From Pseudodesulfovibrio piezophilus C1TLV30 (GTDB lineage Bacteria; Desulfobacterota; Desulfovibrionia; Desulfovibrionales; Desulfovibrionaceae), in NCBI RefSeq assembly GCF_000341895.1, contig NC_020409.1:3062411-3094410 (forward strand): 32,000 nt of DNA. Reading direction: 5' to 3'. Below, one piece after another: positions 17,640-24,974 of the stretch. The translations under genes were made by a program, and so were the position numbers. The stretch's first letter is position 1. The number at the start of each line of letters is the position of its first letter. Under the pieces are notes generated by a model that was not told the DNA's origin, did not search any database, and worked only from the letters and a program-made list of their open reading frames with translations.

Positions 17640-20600
17640 GAAAATCGAATTGATAAGCGCGAGTGCCGGGTCCGGCAAGACATACTCCCTGACGGAAAGA
17701 TTCGTGAAAAGCCTTGATGAGGGCGTTCGGCCCGAAAGCGTCGTCGCCACCACCTTCACCAAGAAAGCGGCGCAGGAGATCGGCAGCCGATTCCGTTCGA
17801 AGCTGTTCGAACAGGGACGTGCGGAAGACGCGCAGCGCGTGTTTGGCGGCTATATAGGCACGGTCAACGCGGTCTGTGGAGCACTCCTCAAGGATTACGC
17901 TTTCGAGGTCGGCCAATCCCCGACGTTGGAAGTGGTGCCGGACGGCGAGGATGCCGCCCTCTTCCGCGTGGCTGCTGCCGATGCCGTCGGTCGAAAGGCC
18001 AGGCAGATCGTCCCGCTTGTGCGCTCCCTGGAAATCGAAAAGTGGGAAGACATCGTCAAGGGCATCATCGACAAGGCCAGGGCGAACGCCATTGACCGCA
18101 AGATGATGTTAGAAAGCGGAGAGCGTTCCTGGGAATTGCTCAGGGAGTTGATGCCCGATCCGATTTCCGAAACCGAAGGCAAAAAACTCGATACGGAAAT
18201 CGTGCGCGAATTGAAGCGGACGATCGGCGCACTTCCTTCCGATGGGGATACGAGCAAAGGCACCTTGGGAGCAAAAAAAGACCTTCAGGCCATCCATCGT
18301 ACGTTATCCCAAGAAAGCATTCCCAATTGGGCTACATGGGCCAAGCTGTCCAAAATCAAGCCCACATCAAAAAGTGCGCATGAGGTGGAAACGCTCCATG
18401 AACTGGCCGGACAGTTCCTTCAACATCCCAGGTTCCACAATGAGGTCCGCCAACTCATCACTCTGCTGTTTGACTGCGCCGCCGAAGCAGCGGGCTTGTA
18501 TCAACAGCACAAGCGGACCCTGGGGCTGATCGATTTCACGGATCAGGAAGCCTTGGCCCTGAAGATGGTCGAGGACGCCGCTGTGGCCGACCAACTGAAA
18601 GAGAGGTTGGACATGGTCATGGTCGACGAGTTCCAGGATACCAGTCCCATCCAGTTGGCCTTGTTCCTCAAGCTGTCCAAACTGGTGGACCGGTCGGTCT
18701 GGGTGGGCGACCAGAAACAGTCGATCTACGCCTTCCGTGGTTCGGACCCGGCATTGATGGATGCCGTCATCGATTCGCTTGGCGAGCCGGAGACGCTGCC
18801 GAACAGTTGGCGGTCACAGTCTGCCCTGGTCGATTTTGCCAGCGAATACTTCGCGGTGGCCTTCGGCCAGCTCGGCATCCCCGAAAAACGGGTGCGGCTG
18901 ACCTCCAAGGTGAGGTCGACCACGCCGAAGAGTCCGCATCTCAAATGCTGGCGGTTTGAATCGAAGAACAAGCCCGATGACAGGTTGTGCCTTGTTGGCG
19001 GCATCCAATCCATGCTCGCCGATACGGCGGCATATGCAATTCTCGACAAGACGACAAAAAAAGAGCGTACGCTCAAGGCCGGGGATATCGCAGTCCTCTG
19101 CATGACCAATGACAATTGCCGTGATGTCGCCGCCCTGCTGGAAGAAAACGGCATTCGTGCCGCTATTCCTCGAACAGGACTCATGAAGCGTCCAGAGATC
19201 GTCCTCGTTATGGCTGCCTATCGCTACCTTCTCAGTCCTGAAGACACGCTGGCTGTCGCTGAGCTGGCCAAGATATTTGGCCTGGAGGATTGGTTCTCGG
19301 TGGCCCTGCAAAACGGGATGGATGCAGTCAAGGATCTGCATCCGATGTTCGGACGTTTGGATGATGCTCGTCATGAGCTTGCCTCGTTGACGCCGTCCGA
19401 GGTGCTGGACCTGGCCATCGACCTTTCCGATGCGGGACGCATGGCCCTGGGGTGGGACAACCCTGCCCTCAGACAGGCCAATCTGGACGCCCTCAGGGGG
19501 CACGCCCTAGGGTATGAGTCCACCTGTAAGGCGCGGCGATGCGCCTGCACTCCCGCCGGTCTCATCAATTATTTGCATCAACTGAAAGGGGACGATGCGG
19601 ACTCCCAGGCTGTCGGCGTGGGCGACGATACCGTCCAGGTCCTGACCTATCACCGGTCCAAGGGGCTCGAATGGCCCGTGGTCATCCTGACGGATCTTGA
19701 GTCCGGCGAAAAGGGGAAGCCGTTCGGGCTGAGCGTGCAATCGTCCGACGCCCCGTTTGACCTGGATGATCCCCTGGCTGGCCGGTGGCTTCGCTACTGG
19801 CCCTGGCCCTTTGGTCTGCAAAAGAAAATCGAGGGATTCTCCGATGTGGTTGAAGAAAGCGATGCGGGCCGGACCGCATTCGAGCGGGAGCGCCGGGAGC
19901 GCCTGCGTTTGTTGTACGTCGGAATGACGCGCGCCAGGGACTACATGATTCTCTCAGCCAGAAAGGAAGGCAAAGGGGCACCGACAGCTTGGCTTGACTC
20001 CTATACGGATGCTGGCGGCAATCGGATCGTGTCCTTGCCCAACGTGGCTGGAGTTGCGGAGATTACCGTGGGCGGAAAGACGTTCCCCATTGAGACCGTA
20101 TGCCTCACGCCGATTGGGGAAGTGACACAGGCCGTTGCCGGTCAAAACCATGCCCCAGTTTTGCCGGAGAAGGTGAAGGCCCATCCCCCGGCCCGTTTCG
20201 TGCCGAGCAGCGATACCATCGACGAGGACAATATCTCTGTGGAGTTCTTCGAACTGGGAGCGCCCCTGCTGATCAAGGCCACGGATTCCCGCGTGGATTT
20301 GGGAAATGCGGTGCATGCCTTCCTGGCAGTGGCTTCACCGGAGCAGGACGAGGCGACCCTCAGGACGCGGGCGGAACGGATCGTGACCGGCTTGGGTTTG
20401 AAAGACCTCACTGCCGACATGCTGCTCGAAATGCACCAACGATTGCGGACCTTCATCACAACGACAATCGATCCGGCAGGCACGGGCGAAATCCTCACGG
20501 AGTGGCCGATCCATCTCAAGCGAGGATTGCAAAAAGGCAGCGGCTGGATCGACATGCTGTGCCGCCAACCGGACGGCGACGTCATTATCGACCATAAAAC

Positions 20601-20766
20601 GTCATTGGGCGGCAAAGATGTGCTGGAGAAAAAGGCAATCGGCTATGCTGGACAGTTGGCCACGTATGGGGAAGCACTTCAAAAGGCGACCGGGATATCT
20701 GGACGGGGGATGTGGTTGCATTTCGCGTTGGCGGGGATGATGGCTAGGGTGAATATTCAAGGATAA
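17632..20766 (+). CDS. AddA/RecB-like UvrD-family SF1A helicase with a C-terminal RecB-type nuclease domain
   Basis: I prefer the start at ATG 17632 (MSKKIELISASAGSGKTY), which overlaps the upstream stop as ATGAGTAA. Motifs: AGSGKT 17665-17682, DEFQD 18625-18639, VGDQKQSIYAFRGS, WRSQ, TYHRSKGLEWPVV, YVGMTRARD. Nuclease: GNAVHAFL ... WIDMLCRQPDGDVIIDHKTS (D 20551-20553; D-H-K 20590-20598) ... YAGQLATY. Confidence 0.85.
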   Translation: MSKKIELISASAGSGKTYSLTERFVKSLDEGVRPESVVATTFTKKAAQEIGSRFRSKLFEQGRAEDAQRVFGGYIGTVNAVCGALLKDYAFEVGQSPTLEVVPDGEDAALFRVAAADAVGRKARQIVPLVRSLEIEKWEDIVKGIIDKARANAIDRKMMLESGERSWELLRELMPDPISETEGKKLDTEIVRELKRTIGALPSDGDTSKGTLGAKKDLQAIHRTLSQESIPNWATWAKLSKIKPTSKSAHEVETLHELAGQFLQHPRFHNEVRQLITLLFDCAAEAAGLYQQHKRTLGLIDFTDQEALALKMVEDAAVADQLKERLDMVMVDEFQDTSPIQLALFLKLSKLVDRSVWVGDQKQSIYAFRGSDPALMDAVIDSLGEPETLPNSWRSQSALVDFASEYFAVAFGQLGIPEKRVRLTSKVRSTTPKSPHLKCWRFESKNKPDDRLCLVGGIQSMLADTAAYAILDKTTKKERTLKAGDIAVLCMTNDNCRDVAALLEENGIRAAIPRTGLMKRPEIVLVMAAYRYLLSPEDTLAVAELAKIFGLEDWFSVALQNGMDAVKDLHPMFGRLDDARHELASLTPSEVLDLAIDLSDAGRMALGWDNPALRQANLDALRGHALGYESTCKARRCACTPAGLINYLHQLKGDDADSQAVGVGDDTVQVLTYHRSKGLEWPVVILTDLESGEKGKPFGLSVQSSDAPFDLDDPLAGRWLRYWPWPFGLQKKIEGFSDVVEESDAGRTAFERERRERLRLLYVGMTRARDYMILSARKEGKGAPTAWLDSYTDAGGNRIVSLPNVAGVAEITVGGKTFPIETVCLTPIGEVTQAVAGQNHAPVLPEKVKAHPPARFVPSSDTIDEDNISVEFFELGAPLLIKATDSRVDLGNAVHAFLAVASPEQDEATLRTRAERIVTGLGLKDLTADMLLEMHQRLRTFITTTIDPAGTGEILTEWPIHLKRGLQKGSGWIDMLCRQPDGDVIIDHKTSLGGKDVLEKKAIGYAGQLATYGEALQKATGISGRGMWLHFALAGMMARVNIQG

Positions 20767-20797
20767 TGACTCCCCCTTCATGGGAGAAGGATACGAC

Positions 20798-22312
20798 ATG
20801 GCTGACCAAATGAATTTGTTTAAGGCATACTCCGGTGGGAACCGAGAGGATCTCGAGCATATGGATCGATTGGAAAACAATGTGACGCGCGCCTTTGTTA
20901 TTACGTTGCAATACATTCATGCCGATGAGCCGGATGTGTTTCGGCGTATCCTCGGGGAGATAACTGGGGATAGGGGGAAACGGTTTGAACCAAAGCAAGT
21001 ATGGTTCGATTTGCAGAGTGGGACCCAGGAACTAGTGGCCGCTGCGCAAAAAGATGGGGTCGAGAAAATAATTTTGGCAATTTCCTCACGGAAGGAGGAA
21101 ACTCCGAGGTTTTCCTGTGTAACCCAGTTCGATCGTTTGTTGAAGGACTATGAGGATGTGCCCGACAATGACCAGAAAAAATTTCTAAAGTCTTTAGCCA
21201 AGTGGCAGAAGAAAGGAGAAAGCGAAAAAGAGGTGCGTATTTCCCTGAGGGGCACTGAGTATTCTTTTTCTCCGCACGAAGCTGAAAATGTCTACCGACT
21301 CGTACACGATAATATCCCTGATGGATGGATTGTGGCCCCAGGACGCTATGCGATCCTGATAGAATCGAAAATTGGGAGCGGTCGTATCTGTGAGGAGCAG
21401 CTTTTTCGTCATGCGACTGGGAACAAGGGTTTTAAGCTGTCCGCTCAAGATGTGAAAAATGATGGCAGTGTACAAATCGTCTGTGTCACTTGGGGAAAAG
21501 TCTGCGACGCCTTGGTTGGGGCGAGCAAAGAGCTTAAGGGAATGTCCTTGAAGATAACGGAACAATTTTTGGAGTATATGGAAATGAGCGGGGAAAAACT
21601 GAATTTTGAATTTTTCTTGAGAGGGGCTTACGATGAAAATGGGATGCGTAATCAGTTCCCATTATTGGTTGATAAGATGCAACAAAAGCTCAAGGAAAGG
21701 GATATCCCGCTCGAAGCAGAGAATCGCCCTTTGACAGGTGTCTGGCAGCGATTCAAATATGGGGCGGAGGGAGACATGTTCTATACCTTGCGGGCCTCAG
21801 AAGGCGGGGTAGAGATCTCACTGACTGCTCATAACTCGCTGAAAAAAAAGTTGTATTTAAACAAGGCATGGGCAGGTATTCTCTGGGATATGTGTAGTGG
21901 CTCGGGGAAATGGCTCAGGCACCGTTACCAAGTGATGCTTCATGACTATCGACTGGTGGATAGGCAAAAGGGACAGATGAAAGGAGAAAGCCAAGAGTTG
22001 TTTAATTACCGGTTCACCCTGGGAACGGTGGGAACAAAGGGAGACTTGGATTCCTTGGTCGAGATTGGCAAACAGCTTGTCAAGCTTAAGGACGTAAAGC
22101 AGTTGGATATGACGTTTAAAGTTGGAGTGATCGATGGGAGCAAGATCAAACATGGAGAAGAGGGGACTTTGAGGGCTGAAAATGCCAAGCTGCTCTCTGA
22201 CCCAGAAACCCTTCTGGAATCATTCTGCGATTTTGTAGAAAATACATTTCCTGTATATATGGATGTGCTGAAGCACAAGAGCCAACGTAAGGGCGCCACA
22301 AAGGAAGGATAG
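20798..22312 (+). CDS. Hypothetical protein with an N-terminal PD-(D/E)XK-like motif and a ~300-aa C-terminal region of unknown function
   Basis: 504 aa from ATG 20798, which has GGGAGAAGGA ending 6 nt upstream (track start is 20780). Motif succession: LENNVTRAF ... IPDGWIVAPGRYAILIESKIG (D 21320-21322; E-S-K 21362-21370) ... EQLFRH. G+C is clearly lower than in the two upstream genes. No family recognised for the rest. Confidence 0.6.
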   Translation: MADQMNLFKAYSGGNREDLEHMDRLENNVTRAFVITLQYIHADEPDVFRRILGEITGDRGKRFEPKQVWFDLQSGTQELVAAAQKDGVEKIILAISSRKEETPRFSCVTQFDRLLKDYEDVPDNDQKKFLKSLAKWQKKGESEKEVRISLRGTEYSFSPHEAENVYRLVHDNIPDGWIVAPGRYAILIESKIGSGRICEEQLFRHATGNKGFKLSAQDVKNDGSVQIVCVTWGKVCDALVGASKELKGMSLKITEQFLEYMEMSGEKLNFEFFLRGAYDENGMRNQFPLLVDKMQQKLKERDIPLEAENRPLTGVWQRFKYGAEGDMFYTLRASEGGVEISLTAHNSLKKKLYLNKAWAGILWDMCSGSGKWLRHRYQVMLHDYRLVDRQKGQMKGESQELFNYRFTLGTVGTKGDLDSLVEIGKQLVKLKDVKQLDMTFKVGVIDGSKIKHGEEGTLRAENAKLLSDPETLLESFCDFVENTFPVYMDVLKHKSQRKGATKEG

Positions 22313-22447
22313 AAATGTGTCGTCACTTCGAGTCTTTTAAACCATCAATTCTATAATAAGATATGACCAGCAAAGATCAGTGCATTAAAAAATATTTTTT
22401 GAGGAAGTCGTATTTTGTTGACTAAACAATATACCTCATTACCAATC

Positions 22448-22491
22448 AAAAAAATATAAAGTCCACACATCTGCTTGATGGGTGGACTTTT
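22448..22491. terminator. Hairpin terminator between convergent genes (better T tract on the minus strand)
   Basis: 8-bp stem aagtccac / gtggactt (22459-22466 / 22482-22489) with a 15-nt loop. A7 at 22448-22454 gives T7 after the hairpin on the minus strand. Only TT-TT follows on the plus strand. Confidence 0.5.
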
Positions 22492-22534
22492 GTGGCAGAA
22501 ATTATGCTGACGTAGATGCCTCCGTCAATTGCAC

Positions 22535-22894
22535 CTAATCCCATCTCAACATCTTCTCAAAGGTGTTAGGTGCACGTTCCTTGAGCTTCATTCGGTAAAT
22601 ATATTCCCAATAATACTTCGGATCAATCGGCGAGAGCAGGGGTATATCATACCGCAGTCCAGTGCGTGGGTCTAACATGTTGTAGTAATATGAATCGTTC
22701 TTTTCAACTTGGCTAGCAAGTTCCTCGTCCATTTGCAATTTTTGCGAGGCGAACTGGAATGCGTTCGTATTGTTTGCCATTGCCACCAGAACAACATCTT
22801 TGTCATTTTGGAGGTCTTCAGATACAAGTCGCAGGTTCATCCCGTCTTCTTTGACAGCCTCCAAGGCAGCCTGTTTTTCAGTGATGGCAATCAT
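22535..22894 (-). CDS. DUF4116-repeat protein
   Basis: 119 aa from ATG 22894, which has AGGAGA 6 nt upstream (track start is 22948). AALEAVKEDGMNLRLVSEDLQNDKDVVLVAMANNTNAFQFASQKLQMDEEL fits the DUF4116 repeat pattern as I remember it. Confidence 0.6.
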   Translation of the reverse strand: MIAITEKQAALEAVKEDGMNLRLVSEDLQNDKDVVLVAMANNTNAFQFASQKLQMDEELASQVEKNDSYYYNMLDPRTGLRYDIPLLSPIDPKYYWEYIYRMKLKERAPNTFEKMLRWD

Positions 22895-23172
22895 CGCGTT
22901 TCTCCTTTTGAATTGATTTGCGCTGATGATGCCTGAATCTTGTTCCACAACTTGGAACGTTGTTGCCTGAATATTGTCGGCTTCAAGGTCGATTTATTTG
23001 TGTCGCAGAGGCCCAGCGGCTATTGGCCGTATTTCCCCATCATTGAGCGTATCTCCTCCCCCACTGCCTGCTGGGGGCAGTCTATGGACTCCATCGTGCC
23101 GCCTGTGAAAGAGCGGGAGTAGGTATGATCGTGTCTGTTGTTTGGGGTATCGCCTGTTTGTCTTTCGTTGTA

Positions 23173-23832
23173 TCAACTGGTCAAATATACTCCGTATTCT
23201 CGATACAACCGATAAACAGTGTTAAAAATAATGTCTGATTTTCTTTCGCGAACCAAATCATTTCTGAAAATACAATGCAATTCTGGGGCAAATCCATCCA
23301 CTCTTATAAGCGGGAAGAGCATGTTGAAGTAAGCCTCGTCCAAACAAGTGCAGTCAGCGAGCAGCACAGTAAAGCAGCATTGGTTGGGGGGAATGACGAA
23401 ATTAGCTGATTTTATTTTCAATCCATATCTTAATGCAACAGCAAATTCCATGATTGCTGCGGCCATTGGATTGAAATGCCTGCTTTTAATCTCAAAAACA
23501 ACAGCTTTGTCTTCCGTGTTTTCATTGTAGGCGATTATATCAAGTTGTTTTCTTGGGAATCCTTTGGCTTTCCTTTTGTCCCATTCGATAGTTGGATTTG
23601 CCTCAGCCTTGATTTCGGGAAGGGTGTTAAAACCAGCAATAATGGCATTCTCAAAGGATTTTGAGAAAAAGGTCCTGTCCCCTGGATTTGTTTGCGTTCG
23701 TGCTTCCATCTGGTTTGAAATGGTTTGGAAAAACAGTTGAGCTGCTGAGTGATATCTATCCCTGCGCGAAATTGTTGAACAGACCTTTGAAACGGAGAGA
23801 AGGCCGTCTATGTATTTACTTGTGCCAGTCAC
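23173..23832 (-). CDS. Hypothetical 219-aa protein with a PD-(D/E)XK-like motif, translationally coupled to the WYL regulator
   Basis: GTG start (complement of 23830-23832) lies directly after the TAA of the upstream gene (23833-23835). AGGAGA (23838-23843) is 5 nt upstream. Motif: FENAIIAGF ... QLDIIAYNENTEDKAVVFEIKS (D 23539-23541; E-I-K 23485-23493). Low G+C. Confidence 0.6.
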   Translation of the reverse strand: MTGTSKYIDGLLSVSKVCSTISRRDRYHSAAQLFFQTISNQMEARTQTNPGDRTFFSKSFENAIIAGFNTLPEIKAEANPTIEWDKRKAKGFPRKQLDIIAYNENTEDKAVVFEIKSRHFNPMAAAIMEFAVALRYGLKIKSANFVIPPNQCCFTVLLADCTCLDEAYFNMLFPLIRVDGFAPELHCIFRNDLVRERKSDIIFNTVYRLYREYGVYLTS

Positions 23833-24840
23833 TTATATCTCCTGTCCGCTATATATGTTGGTTGTCCTTTCAAGCTCATTTAGTACCTTCCCTCGCAAGT
23901 GGGAAGGCATCAGCACTTCAATATTTGCCCCAAAGCTCAACACCCAAGACAGTAATTCCGTTTCGCTCTGTGCGGTGAACTCAAGTTCGTATCGCCCATC
24001 ATCCAGGTCCTTAACGACCTGGTCCGAACTCCAGCGGCGTTCTTTTACATAACGCCCGGCTTCTGGAGTGAGGCGTACCTTGACTCGGAACGATTCGCAT
24101 TCCGGAAACCCGAAATAGTGCGGTTTCTCCTGCTGCTGAATGGAATGTTTTTTTCTGACAGGTTCGGCGGCCGTGAAACGGTGGATAGGCAGATGCATTT
24201 CGTAAATAGGCTCAGCTTCTTTGGCCCGTATGTCCACCTTCCAACCGGTGACGTACAGGGCTTCCCTGTAAGACTTAATTTTGAGGGGTGCGAAGTAGTG
24301 CAGCTTCTCCTCCTTTTGCCCCAACGCCTTGTATTTGATCTCGCACACGTCCTTGCCCGCGATGGCATTGAGGATCGTCGTGATGATCGCTTCCTGGGGG
24401 GTGTAGTCGATACTTCCTTTTAGTATGGCCCCGGCCAAGGATTCGAAGGCTTGCGCCCTGTTGTCGAGAGCCGGGAGTAAGGCCACCGTTTTGTGGATGG
24501 TCTCGTCGACCTCTTTCGACAGACCCTGCGGCAGCAGATGGCGGACCATTTCCTTGCAGAGCAGCAAATGGCTGATTTCGTCTTCAGACAAAGCCACTTT
24601 GGGTCTGTTTCTCGGCGTCTGGATTTGATACCAAGTCCGCTTGCCTTCCTTGCCTTTCTCCACTCGAACCGAGTAGCTGCGATCAATATCCTCCATCATG
24701 CGTATAATGGTCTGTTTGGAACAATCCAATTCCCTGGCAAGGTCGATAAGATAATGCCGCTTGCCAGTGTACATGAGCTGGCAGAAGAGCGTGACGGCCT
24801 TCTGAGTCGGCTTGGCGTGTTGGTTTTTCTTGGGCGGCAC
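23833..24840 (-). CDS. WYL-domain transcriptional regulator (HTH, WYL and C-terminal extension; BrxR/CapW-like architecture)
   Basis: HTH: YLIDLARELDCSKQTIIRMMEDID. WYL-like core: KLHYFAPLKIKSYREALYVTGWKV. C-terminal module: RWSSDQVVKDLDDGRYELEFTAQSETELLSWVLSFGANIEVLMPSHLR. I prefer GTG 24840, which has AAGGAGA (24846-24852) 5 nt upstream. The track start TTG 24897 has no SD. Confidence 0.75.
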   Translation of the reverse strand: MPPKKNQHAKPTQKAVTLFCQLMYTGKRHYLIDLARELDCSKQTIIRMMEDIDRSYSVRVEKGKEGKRTWYQIQTPRNRPKVALSEDEISHLLLCKEMVRHLLPQGLSKEVDETIHKTVALLPALDNRAQAFESLAGAILKGSIDYTPQEAIITTILNAIAGKDVCEIKYKALGQKEEKLHYFAPLKIKSYREALYVTGWKVDIRAKEAEPIYEMHLPIHRFTAAEPVRKKHSIQQQEKPHYFGFPECESFRVKVRLTPEAGRYVKERRWSSDQVVKDLDDGRYELEFTAQSETELLSWVLSFGANIEVLMPSHLRGKVLNELERTTNIYSGQEI

Positions 24841-24873
24841 ACGGGTCTCCTTGTGGCGAAATCGGTCGGTCAA

Positions 24874-24947
24874 AGGCAGCACTGCCTCTGGATGCAATCT
24901 TTGATACCAAATAAACCAATATGAAGGAAACCCATAATATTATCGGG
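24874..24947 (-). promoter_or_regulatory. Candidate promoter/operator region of the WYL operon (two palindromes)
   Basis: AGGCAG-ca-CTGCCT at 24874-24887 and CCCATAATATTATCGGG at 24931-47 (core ATAATATTAT is a perfect palindrome). Both lie in the 134-bp gap between the AAA+ gene stop and the preferred WYL start. Pattern only. Confidence 0.3.
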
Positions 24948-24974
24948 ATGATCGTATCTGGCCGAGTGGGCTGA

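Noticed and set aside
15106-20615. Overlapping ORFs within the AddB-like/AddA-like genes (for example 15576-16355, 16094-16726, 18814-19503, 20100-20597)
   Set aside because: Same reasoning: antisense or alternative-frame ORFs with Arg/Pro/Gly-rich composition inside genes whose main frames carry complete motif sets.
22949-23172. ORFs 22940-23122(+) and 22994-23176(-), and the CCCCCA/TGGGGG hairpin, in the gap downstream of the 219-aa gene
   Set aside because: The ORFs lack an SD and any motifs. The hairpin has no T tract. I leave the gap unannotated.
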